Positions 39,901 through 51,125 of a DNA stretch of 64,000 nt are shown in pieces. The stretch is taken from contig OZ037768.1 in the NCBI GenBank assembly GCA_964035545.1, forward strand, positions 20,567,700 through 20,631,699, written 5' to 3'. Under the pieces are notes generated by a model. It did not search any database and was not told the origin of the DNA. It worked only from the letters and a program-made list of their open reading frames with translations. Position numbers and translations under genes: made by a program. Source of the DNA: Bugula neritina (lineage: Eukaryota; Animalia; Bryozoa). Numbering within the stretch: position 1 is the first letter of the stretch; every line of letters starts with the position of its first letter.

Positions 39901-42788
39901 GCGAACAGAATTGGAAGAGAGCCAACCAGTCACCTGGCAAAAGTATGTTGATGGGCAGTGAATTTCTTCTCTCAGTCATTTTCTTGTGCGTAGAAAGCCT
40001 CTCAGCTGCTTGAGATTAAATCTTTATATGTTGTTGTGTACGTTGTAGGTGCTCAGTCTGGTGCTGCCAGCGAGGGGACTACTCCTGGAAGAAAACCCAG
40101 TGATGGTAAGTGGTCTGGTCTCTTATAGGTTTTGTCATGATTTGCATCATTTCACAAAAGGCGTACGTATTTAAGCTATATGGTACTTCTTATTTTCTAA
40201 GTTTACCAGAAAATAGTACCTTTGCGCGTTCTATATTAATAGTACTATACTTTAATATGTTGACTGTGTGTAAGAGAAATTATTTATTTCAGTTTTGTTT
40301 AAAAATATGAAAAGGTGGTATTTTTTTAACAGCTGGTAGGTAACGATATTTATTTCTGGTGTTGTCTAGTTTAACTAGTAAAGCCCCCCTCACAAGGTTT
40401 CTACACACCCTGTGCTTGGTGAGCATAGGCAACATCTTTTCTTACTCTGTTGAAGTCTTGAGGTGATCAAAGTGCAGTAGTTTTACTGTTGAAGTTGTTT
40501 TCAGCTGCGTCCAAGGATGAGCTGACCAGAGAAGAGCTTCAGAAGATGGTTGAACAGCTGAACTCTGAGCTGGAGCTGAGAACTCAGAAGAAGGATAAGT
40601 ACAAAATCAAGTACTTGGAAGAGAAACAGCGTGCAGCTGCAATGAGAGACTATTACAAGGTGAGAGTGGAGTCCTAAATGTGCTTAAATAGTAGTAGTGT
40701 AGTAATAGTTGCAGAACTAATGGTAGTGATGGCAGTATTAGTAGTGGTGGTACTCGTATTAGTGATAGTAGTAGCAGTAATAGTAGTAGCAGTACTGGTG
40801 ATAGTGGTAGCAATACTAGTGGTAGTAGTACTAGTGAAAGTTATTAAGTTTGGTGTAGTGACACTTAGCGAAGCAGTTGTAGTGTTACCATCACCAGTAG
40901 TATGACTGTAACTAGCTGTATATTGTCACTGGTATATGGTGACCTCACAGGTACTAGTAGTGATAGATGTAAGGCCACCTATAGTTCTCGTAATAGCTGA
41001 GAGATAGTTCGATAGGTATCTTTTTAATGAAGTATTTTACTCACAAATTTATTTTGTTTCACAGGAAGAATTGGAAAAGCAAAACGCCGAGCTGTTTCAA
41101 CTGAGGAGACAAACTTTCAAACCCTCTTTTCGAAAATCTCCATCAAGTCCTGTAAAGAAGACATCCACTAAAGTTGAAAGACCTGTGAGTTTTATGGATA
41201 ATTCATTTACTAGTAAAGTTTCAACTTCTTCTAATGACTCATTCACTTAATCATTATAAATAGTTAATTCATGGCTCAGATAATGCTCAACCGCCCTTGA
41301 AGTTTAATGTTGTACTTTATTATTTCTTTGTCTGTAAGCAGTTGTTCTAATTTATTTTCTGTAACTTCAAACAATATTTATGTTTTTTCTTGAGGTCAAG
41401 TATAAAGGAATAAACACCATTTTAGTCATATAGAATATTATAATGATGGCAGACCATATTTGTTCTACTGGTAATGATTTTTGCTTTTCGTGATTATTTT
41501 TTCTGTTTTAATGTATTGCTCAAAGTCGTTATAAATGTTAAAGTTACCTCTCTTTTTTAATGTTGCTATGGTTTAGTTGTTTTAGTACTTCGGTAAAATT
41601 TTATAGATTGTACTATAAATAGAATTAAGAGTTATCTTATCAGTTATTTATCAGCAGTGCTATGATATGCCAACTATGGAACATCAAATTCTCCCGCCAA
41701 CTCCTAACTGGCTCCTATCACATGACCTGCAATATCAAAAATATGACCTTTCTAGCACCTTCTTGGGTTAAGATCCCACTGCCATACTTAGATATAGTAT
41801 TTGCTTACTCAATTATTTGCTGTCACCTATCAAAGTGTCTATGTTGTGGGTGAGGTGTCGGTGTTATAACCTGTTTACAACTCATGCAAGGCTCAGTCAC
41901 ATGCTAAAATCTTATTCATAGGGAATCAGATTAATTTTCTCTATTAAATACATATTTTCATGTCGTAGGTGGTTGAACCTGGAAATGGCGGCAGCTCTAA
42001 GCAGCAGCTCAGCTCGCCGAAAGGCGCTGCTAAAAGTAATGGTAAATATCTTCTACCTGCAATTCTACAACCTGCAACACAATTTAGCAGTAATCTTATT
42101 TATACAGTTGTTTTATGTCCCAATCATTACAGTCTGGGTTATAATGCTGTAGATTCTGATGCCCAAAATCTGATAGAAGAGATGGGTGAGAAGGTTAAAT
42201 TGCCAGCTCCTATTAAGCCACAGGTAATACCAAGTTCTGCTAGTGGCGGTGAAAAAGACCAGCTAAGAGTGAATTTAGACCCGGTTGTAACCAGTCCTAC
42301 CCAAAATGAGCCCCCTGCATTTCCCAAAGCTAAACTACCAGAAGTGCTTGTCATGAATAGACAAGATAGCGATGATGAAAATGAAGGAGCAGAGAGGTGA
42401 GCTGAGGTTTTCGTGTATTGTGAACTGCTTAAATTTTTTAACATCTTATGCATTTTGTTGTGTACAGTTTTTCCATTAAATTATCAAATTGCGTTTCTAT
42501 AGATTTCATGATGCTCAGGATAACATTCTGACTAGTTTGGACAAGTGCTTTGTCTGTGACAAGACCTTTTCGTCATCTGACTCCCCACAAGCTCGCAATG
42601 ATCACGCCAATGGCCACTTTGACCCAGCAGTTGACCAGAACTCTCTTGATCTACAGAAGTGCCCAGTCTGCACTCAGGTGTTCCCGAAAATTTCTGTAAC
42701 ACAGGAAGCTTTTGAGCAGCATGTTCAATCGCATTTCGCTGAGACCAATTACACACCCCCTTTGACTCGTGGGGAATTCAATGCTTAA
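33916..42788 (+). CDS. TAX1BP1: TAX1BP1/CALCOCO-family selective autophagy receptor (SKICH - LIR - coiled coil - 2 UBZ fingers); 15 coding exons
   Basis: Exons 33916-34150, 34345-34574, 36055-36168, 36471-36545, 36769-36960, 37628-37756, 38588-38812, 39540-39731, 39843-39942, 40049-40105, 40505-40659, 41065-41184, 41969-42041, 42153-42396, 42503-42788. SKICH motifs DWIGLFKVGWSS and EFYQFAY..GASSPFQFR; CLIR-like DDEEMLLITT; CFVC..H..H and CPVC..FEQHVQSHF. Likely co-orthologous to CALCOCO1/2 and TAX1BP1. Confidence 0.9.
37854..38007. mobile_element. Foldback MITE-like hairpin (about 70-bp imperfect arms)
   Basis: TTCTATGAACAGCTC..TGACTGAGTGCAGTAGTTT.. / ..AAACTACTGCACTCAGTCA..GAGCTGTTTATAGAA; second copy at 27999. 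Confidence 0.75.
38238..38447 (+). mobile_element. tRNA-derived SINE, near full-length
   Basis: GGGAGCAGCTGTGGTCTAGGGGTTAGAGCG (A box)...GGTTCGAACC (B box) plus a body shared with two copies at 2.5-3.0 kb. Confidence 0.78.
40688..40835. repeat. Degenerate (GTA)n microsatellite
   Basis: GTA/GTG/GCA triplet run just after the donor at 40660. Confidence 0.85.
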
Positions 42789-43296
42789 TCACAATTGTGC
42801 TGTGCTTGCAACACTTGAAGTTGATTCATTTTCATTCCTATCTATTTAGGGTCATGCTTAACATTAATTGTGTTCTCAATAAAAAAAAATTAATACTAGT
42901 TGTTAAACATTTGTCTCAAGCTATTTACATTATTGTTACGTGTTGTCTTGTCTTTCAACATGATTTTTCAGTTTCATACTTTAAATGTGATGCAACTGGC
43001 TCATATTCAATTATTTGTAATCTCTTGGCCAAAAATATTATGCTGTTGCAGACCTAAAAACCACAGCTTAGTAATGCTAGTTTACATTTTGTATACATAA
43101 CATAATATTTGATATCATCTTGATACTGCTTCTGCAAACTTTCAGTTGCATACATAAATTTGGTGAATTTGTGCATTAATAGTCATATTTATCATATTGT
43201 AGTTACATAATACATTTATTCAAATAAATTTTACAATCTTCAAAATTTATAAATATTGCATTTTACATATAAAAATAGACTCAGCCAATTACCAAC

Positions 43297-43362
43297 TGTT
43301 GAAGTTAATCCACTTGAAAGGGTTATTACTTATAATTTACCAATCAAACTTCATACAACTAA
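43297..43362 (-). ncRNA. Candidate SECIS element (type II) in SELENOK 3' UTR
   Basis: AGTTGT-ATGAA-GTTTGATTGGT-AAA-TTAT(AAGTA)ATAA-CCCTTTCAAGT-GGAT-TAACT: AUGA/GA core, about 10-bp helix II, apical AAA with mini-stem, helix I AGTTG/TAACT. Confidence 0.72.
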
Positions 43363-43624
43363 ATCACTGCGTAGTTCTTCAACATGGTTGGCTGTGACAT
43401 AATTATTATGAAGACTTGGGGAGTTGAATGTCTGACTAAATAGTAAATAACTTAACCTATATTATGTGCTAGCAAGAACATGTCTTGACCATTCAGTAGT
43501 CTGTAAGAGCATGTGGTAAGGATATTACAGTCATAATATTTTCAAGTCTTCATAAAAACAATGTCGGTATTAGGGCCACAATCCCTGGAGATGTGTAATT
43601 ACACCTCAACATGAGACGTGGCCT

Positions 43625-45765
43625 TTATCTTCCTCATCCACCCGCCATGGGTGGGGCACTGGGGCCTCCGCCACCTACAAAAACATAGGTACTCAATTAA
43701 AATAGTGTTACACATAGCTGTATTCAGTGGATCTGTTATTGAAAACTTAGAATTACAATATTTCAAATAAAGCTGAGAATTACAAATCTTAGCTGATGCT
43801 TGGTGTCGAAAGGTGATGGACTTATGTTGATAAAGCTATAAATATATTTGATAGGTTTATCAACTATATTGATGGATACATTTCATAAATCATCAATTTC
43901 TATAACAAAAAATTTATCAACTTTTATTAATACTTCTAATTTTACATTCCTAATGTTCTCCGACACTTCAAAAATTACCATCAATGACTACTACAACTTT
44001 TAAAGCAAATTTTCCAATTCTTTTACACGACACAAATAGAATAACTTACGTCCACCAAAGCCTCCCATTCTTTTTCTGGGGCCAGGGGGAGGGCCTCTTG
44101 GTCCCCCACCCCCTGATGAGCTACCAGCTCTATATGTTGATGCAGAGTTTGCACCTTTACTTGTGAGATTTGGGCTTACTAATGTTTTGAAACTACAAAG
44201 TGCCACAAACTCATATTATACGATCTCATATCAATTTCACACTACTACACAGTCAATATACTATCATAAAGTGTCATTGCTTTTTTTTAATACCAAAAGT
44301 TTTAAATTAATTTATTCTATTGATTATTTTACATTAATTACCTTGTTAAAAAGTACAGTATTTTTGAATAGTATTGTGCACAAGATATTAGGTAATAGTC
44401 ATACTCACAACAAAACTATGAAATTGAGAAATCCCCAAAATAATTTTTGTATAGATCCTAGACTCCATGGTTGGGAGTCATACACTCGTCCTAAATTCAA
44501 ATAACAACAGCTATACACCTTTAAAATATATCTTAACTAATCTTATAGAAGAAGGGTACTGGTACAGCAATGCAAAAGGTAAGCATAAACATAACAAATA
44601 ATGTATAATTACCACATGACATAATTGTGTCATAACTAAACTACTTAATCACACCCTGTAACTGTATCTGAAAAATTTGTTTAATCAAAAACCCAATCTT
44701 GATTTTGTTCAATTCTAAAACATCCAATAAAGAGGAAAGGAGGATAATTGTAAGACAGTTAAATCAATTAAACTTGAGAGTTAGGCCTTTTTAAAGCATG
44801 TCAGGTAATATTCAGCTAATCTTCATAAAAAAAAAATTTTTTATATGAATGTTGGCTTACAGAAAGCATTTGGCTAGAGACGACACAGCTGGGATTGGAA
44901 TCTACAACTTTTACATTGAGAATTATGTGCTTTATCAACTGTGCCACCTTGGCCAACCTACTTCAACTCTAGTATTATTGAAGTTTTCCCAAACATATGG
45001 TTAGGCCTCAATTTCAAAAAATAGATCTAATAATGCAATAGCAAAAAAAGTATTACTAACTGTACTGGTGCTGATAATTATGCACTTGTAGCATACATAC
45101 TAGTATATTAATATACAACCTTATACTTCTAAAATCTAAAGTGACTGTCACTAGGACTATAATTCACTCCCGGCCAAAGTAACACACAAATTTACAGTGC
45201 TCAACTAAACTTGTCGTGACAGTCAAAGTGTAAGTGCCAGTATGAGTACTAGGCTTGCTCGTAAAAAGTGTTATTTTCACTGACACTGTAAATGTCAGAT
45301 ACAGTGTGACTAACTGAAAATAGTTGAGTAATTAAAATTCAAGAGTAAACTTTGCACTTGCAGCTTTTTACTAATACTAATAGTAATAGTTTATTTAAAT
45401 AAATAAAATTAAATAATCATAACATTAAGTACTAGTAGTAGTAGTACTACTAGTAGTACTACCACTAGTAGTAGTAGTACTAGTAGTACTAGTAGTAGTA
45501 GTAGTACTAGTAGTAGTACTAGTACTAGACCTAGTACTATTAGTAGTACTCTAGTAGTAGTAGTAGCTGTAGTACTACTAGTAGTACTACTACTAGTACT
45601 ACTAGTAGTACTACTACTAGTACTAGTAGTTATACTCAAGTTGCAAGTTGAGCTTCAAGGCACCAAAATAAACAGTAAAATAAAGAAATTATCATGTGTT
45701 GGCAGCAGCGTGTAAACTTAAAGGCATGAACAGGTAAATGACTTACCTTCAGAGACGTACACCAT
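43625..45765 (-). CDS. SELENOK: Selenoprotein K, 97 aa, Sec (TGA at 43636-43634) third from the C-terminus; 4 exons
   Basis: Exons 45765-45747, 44490-44409, 44192-44050, 43674-43625 give MVYVSEGRVYDSQPWSLGSIQKLFWGFLNFIVLFFKTLV...GPRGPPPGPRKRMGGFGGRGGGPSAPPMAGG-U-GR*. The PPMAGGUGR terminus is diagnostic. Confidence 0.96.
44880..44955 (-). pseudogene. Highly degenerate tRNA-like / SINE head in SELENOK intron 1
   Basis: GGCCAAGGTGGCACAGTTGATAAAGCAC...GTAGATTCCAATCCCAGCTGTGTCG; A/B-box remnants at tRNA spacing. Confidence 0.35.
45428..45630. repeat. AGT/ACT microsatellite
   Basis: Directly visible. Confidence 0.9.
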
Positions 45766-46260
45766 GATGATAACGTCAACTAAAACACTACAGTGGTGAT
45801 GTTCATGTAATGTTTAGCAGTTAGCAGTTATTAAAGCATCAAAAGAAAGAATATTGGGGTTTCTGATTGTTATAACATCTGTTACTTCGTAGTTGTAGTT
45901 AAAAGAGATAGATCTCAGGTTATTATGACCTTGACCTCGTGATTCAATTTCTATTGAGCTGAGTGTAATAAAAGAGCCAATAGAAATAAGTCTCTACTTA
46001 TGCAGATAATAAAAGCACAATAGGGTTGATAATACTTATAATCGCAGTTATCTTTTCAGACATAAGATGACCATGATTATAATCATTAGATTGAAGTACA
46101 GACAATAGAGTTATGATTTACAATATAAACTACCAGTTGAAATCCTGTAGAGTATATTATTTATGCATCTGCCACTTTGCTTACACTTGTGTACTTTAGG
46201 ACAAGTTTCCCAACAAGCTGTTCACAAGAACTAAAGGTCAACTTGGACAACCCTCATTCA

Positions 46261-46325
46261 ACAACATTCACCGGCTTTCCATGTACCGATCTCAGATCGG
46301 TACATGGAAAGCCCGTGATTGTTGT
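46261..46325. repeat. Near-perfect palindrome (20-bp perfect arms, 1-nt spacer; 32-bp arms with 2 mismatches)
   Basis: GGCTTTCCATGTACCGATCT-C-AGATCGGTACATGGAAAGCC. Confidence 0.92.
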
Positions 46326-48028
46326 AGTTTTAATAGTGAAACTACTGAGTTGTGGGTTATGGCGCGTTGCAAAGCTAGAACATACTCTTTGTGTGTTTGA
46401 GAGAGAGAGAACTAGAATTGTAATCTGTGAGAAAATAAACTATATTTACAACACTTTACAATTATAGTAACATCAAGATAAAAGTCAATAACATTTGTAA
46501 AAGCTATACACTAGTAATCACATTAGTAATCCTACGAGCTAAGTGTGTTGGGCGTACAGAATGTCCTGCTTATAAAGGAGAGCTTCATACTGATTGGTTG
46601 TCAGGCCGCAGCATGGGCCGCCGTGAGGCGGTGCGGCATCCCAGACTGCCACACTCGGCGAACATAAATTGTCCATAATACATAAGTTGTCACAATATAG
46701 AATGCATACGTTGGGTTCCAAGTACAAAGGGGGCAGGGGGGGGGGTAGCCATATATATCAACATTTAACAAGACATGCATAATGATTAAACAAATACTCT
46801 ACTAGCTACCAAGTCAAATAGCATGTCTACCAGTGTTCTTACCAAGAAATTAGACTAAGAATGTGTGCATGCAGCCATCTGACTTACTATTATATGATCT
46901 ACACAAACACGTGCATAATTTCCATAATTATGTCATACATCCTAACCAGCACTTATATATTAGAAAATGGATCAGTCCATCATTTTTCGATTGCAGGGGT
47001 GGAATTTAGGAATCATTCAAAAGTCTGAGAACAAATGCAACCAGATATATGTAGTGACAAGGTGTTAATTTTATTACAGGTATACTGTGCAGTCAACAAA
47101 TAGCCTTTTTATTATATATTTCCACACAAAATTTACAGTCATAAATTATATCATGTTCTCAAATCTGATATATGTATGTTAGGTATAAAATGTAAATTAT
47201 GCTCAGCTATTTCTTGCGTTGTTCATTTTCCCTTGTTTATTTTTAATTTGTCTATGCCTCTATACAGTGGGTGCGCCAGCAGTTCTGATGTTGAAAACAT
47301 TAGACGCATCAATAAATATATAGAAGATAACTCTATATGTTGGAGTCAAAGTATTCGTCAACATAGCGATGTAGTTAGTTTAAATGAAGTATGATGCACG
47401 CAATTTCTATTGGGATAAAACACTACATATATTTATCATGCTAGCTAAAAACATAGTCTCCATATTGTTTTTAAATTTAAATAACAAACGCCAACTGCAG
47501 AAAATTTAAAATTTAAAGTCGATGTTAAACTCCGAGAGTACTAGTTTTTGTCTTTTAAAAACGTTCAAAAACTTATTAAAGCTTTGAGTTTTACATTTTA
47601 TTATTCCATGTGTTCTTTTGGATTTCAGCTTTGGAATCTTTGCCAAATTATAGAGGTGAGTTAACAGATCTTGGTGATGGTCGTAGTAGTAGTACTAGTC
47701 ACGGCCACTGCTAGTCAAATCCATTTCACAGTGATGCTGATAGTGATAGTCTCAATCTTACACTTACAGTTACTCATACTCATTGCCATGCTGACAGTGA
47801 CACTGACTTATTAACTTGTCATACTGATAGTGATACTGGTGCTCATAGTGATAGTTATAGTGATGGTCAGACTATGACTATGAGTATGAGTATGACAAAT
47901 TAACAAGTACATAGTTTAACAATGTTTATTACTACAACAGTTTAAAAGTTGAAGGCCAAAATGCCTTTAACTTTAATATTATGTCTGTTGGTTTGTCTTT
48001 TAGTTGCCTAATTGATGTTCTTGACAAA

Positions 48029-50904
48029 ATGAGCGCACCTCGGCCTCGCCCTGTGACAGCAACTGTTGGCAAAAGACAACCAGCTGCAACATACCGACCA
48101 CAAAGAAATGTTTCTTTGTTTTCGGACAGTAGTGGCTCAACAGAGTCTCTGATATCATGTGTTAAAGAGAGTCAACTGTCTGACTCGGAATCTCAGACGT
48201 GAGTAACCATTAACTCGATTGTTCTGGAAAATTCCAGAATATGACAGAAAATAAATTTCTTACTGTATTTTTGTTGTTGCTGAATAATTTTGTTTTAATA
48301 AAATTTCTAGTGAAGATTTCAGCTCAAGCGAAAGTAGAGAAAACATTAATAAAAACAGAAATAACAGTAATTCTGTTGGTAACCGGGACAAGTCCGCTAA
48401 AGAGAACAGCAGGTAAACTTTTCTTATTTGTTTTTCTTATTAAATAATATTATATGTTGCATCACTATGTTTAATAATGTATTACCACACATTGCCATTA
48501 TTCATTTTTATATATTAACTTTCTGTTTTGTTACCAACTTGCTATATTATTCAACAAGCTTCAGCCAGCAGTCGATGGTTCAAATGTGTGCCTTTCTTCT
48601 TAACTAGTAAAAGCTCAACTCTCTAATCCAAATGTTAGCTCATTATATTGTAGATTGAATTTTGTTTTTAAATTTACAATAACATACTTGGTTGTGGTAT
48701 AAAATTTTCATTAGCTAGATTGACCAAATAATGTTTTTGGTGTGTCAATTGTTATATTTTCAGTAAGAAAATTGATATATCCAAAGTAATGCGAAGTGAA
48801 TCTACAAATACTGAATCTTCTGAAGTAGAGAAAGAACAGGAAATTGGTCCTTGGGAAAAGTGGATGATTAAAAAGTCGGAAAGTCTTCACAAACTTGCAC
48901 AGCAGAAAATAAAATTGCAAAGAATAAAAAAGCAGCAAGAAAAGCAACAGGAGCTTGAAAGACAGGCTAAACTTGAAAAGGCTGAGCGTATTCGGCAGGT
49001 ACCATTGATACTCAACGTGAATTTTGGCTTCTTTAGTTTAAACTCTACTTTTCATACGATTACATTCTAGTTCTTTTTGCACATGCTCCAAAGATTTGTC
49101 CTTTGTACGTAGTGTGTTTATTTGTCTGTTGCCTGTTTAAAGTTGGGTGGAGTCTTACTTGTATCTTGCCCCATCAGGGTTTATGTAATGTTTTGTAACT
49201 AATGATTATATGCCTTGACTTTTGACATGTTTGGCACAAAACTATACTAGAAATATGTTGATGAATTTCAAAACTTTCAATTACTTTTCTAACCATGTTA
49301 GTGAATTCATATTTGATCAATAGGATTGGCTACAGAAGAAAGACGAAGAGCAGATACGGTCAGAGCGCAAACAAAAGATGAAAGAAAACAGAATGCTTAG
49401 AGAACAAAATCGAAAAAAGAAAGAAGTTGAAGAAAAATCAGAAAAAAGGTTTATAAGCGCTATTCTTATCTCTTTGTAAAAGTCATAACACTTTCTTCTC
49501 TCTTTCCAACAAACACCAACTATCTTCACTATCAATACCTTCTGTGAAATTATAATTTTGACTTGTAACTTTTTTCCAATTTCTTTTAGGTATAATGATT
49601 GGCTGGAACAGAAAAGAAAGACTGCAGCTTTGGCAATGGCTCTCGAAAAAGAAGAGCAGAAGCTAAAGGAACTGGAACTGAAAGAAAAAAAGGAGAAAAG
49701 CGACGAAGCATTCCAGGCGTGGCTCAAAAAAGTTGGGCCAAGGATGAAGACTGTGCCACACAGTTATGCAAAATGTGATGGTGCAGTAACAGGTAGCTGT
49801 GTGTGAGCAATATTTAGAGTTTTTTTGTCGCTGGTTTTTAATGGTTCAGTTTGTGTTGTGTTTTTTGTTTTTTTCAAATCTTATAGTTACAATGAAAAGT
49901 AGTTTCCAACAAGGTTTAAGGTTCCCCACTGAGCAGCAAATTGTGTAGTCATGTATCAGTTGGTCTTGTGTATATTCAGACAAATTGGTTGAATCTGTTT
50001 AATCCTTGGTTTCTATTGGTATAAAAAGTTGCCTCCCATCAACTGATGTTTATGTGGAGTTGAAACGCGACGGGCACATAACTCCTGCAGTTCAATGCTT
50101 TCAAGTAGTACTAGTTATTAGTACATGGTTTGGTAAATTAGCTTAACTAACTTACCTGCACAGGCATGACTGTTCTATAATTTGATTGATCGTCACAACT
50201 TGTATATTTTGCTCTGAAATTGCTTTTCAGAACGTAATTTTACTCTCAAGAGTGTTAGAATTTTCGGTCATAACTGTTTTTTAATATCATTTATAGCTAA
50301 ATTTCTGAATTATTATATCATTATTCTCAATTTTACCAATTAATCTAAAATAAGAAAAACCTATGGCTCATTTAATGTTATCAATTCAATTATGTTTTAT
50401 TCAATCACATCTTGCTCAAGCTTTTAGCCAATTAAACTGACTGTTGAAATAATTGCAATCCTGCTATTGAAGTTGCTGGTTTGTCCCATCTTACAAATTT
50501 CGCTTAAGTGTAGCTTTTGGTTATAAATTTGAATAAGCGTTTTTAGAACAGTCCAAATAAGTTAGCCTAATTCTTAATAGATTTGGTACTTCAGCATTCA
50601 GATTTACTTTGTTTACTTTATTAGTGATGGGTACCATTTTCCTTTTTCATAAAGCAACATGGTTTTTTCAACAGACTTTCAAGTTATGTTTTCCCTTCTA
50701 TAGATTAATTAACATAGGAAACAAGAGTCATTTTAGTGATTTTTTTTTCTTACAGGATATTATGACAGTGCTGCCAGTCCAAATCCTTCCTACTTCAACC
50801 CAATACCATGGCAGCCTGTAGCCTTGCCTGCCCCTAACCCTCGACCAAAAGTAAAGTCCAAGACAAAGAGACGTCCACTTAAGAACGCCTGGTCTCTGGA
50901 TTAA
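48029..50904 (+). CDS. CCDC34: Coiled-coil domain-containing protein 34; 6 coding exons
   Basis: Exons 48029-48198, 48311-48412, 48764-48998, 49324-49448, 49590-49792, 50756-50904. Repeated W-L-x-x-K helices (PWEKWMIKK, DWLQKK, YNDWLEQK, AFQAWLKK) and C-terminal GYYD..PNPSYFNPIPWQP. Confidence 0.85.
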
Positions 50905-51125
50905 CATGTGAGCTGCTATGCAGTTACTGCGCCACAGAGTGGACTGGAGTGTATTTGAATTTTCTATTGTGGTGTTTTGCTCTTTACTATAACTAACTTC
51001 CGTCCTGATTTGTATATTTTCATAGTGCATGATATTATGTAGCCTGTAGATGAACTGTAGATATTTTATTTAAAATATAGTATGATATTGCATCAAAAAA
51101 ACTAAAAAAAACACAGAATAATATG

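Noticed and set aside
40607-40905. Hydrophobic poly-Val/Leu membrane-protein-like ORFs (also 45409-45639)
   Set aside because: GTA/AGT microsatellite translations.
43634-43636. TGA as the true stop or a pseudogenising mutation
   Set aside because: Occupies the conserved Sec position of SELENOK, is followed by GR-TAA, and has a SECIS candidate downstream.
46604-46680. HDV-like ribozyme
   Set aside because: GGCCGCA/TGCGGC and GGCGAA are suggestive, but no proper P2/P3/L3 nested pseudoknot could be built.
50700-50730. NIGNK peptide as the missing G-patch start
   Set aside because: Wrong strand for the RBM5-like gene, intronic, and lacks the MGW..GxGLG continuation.
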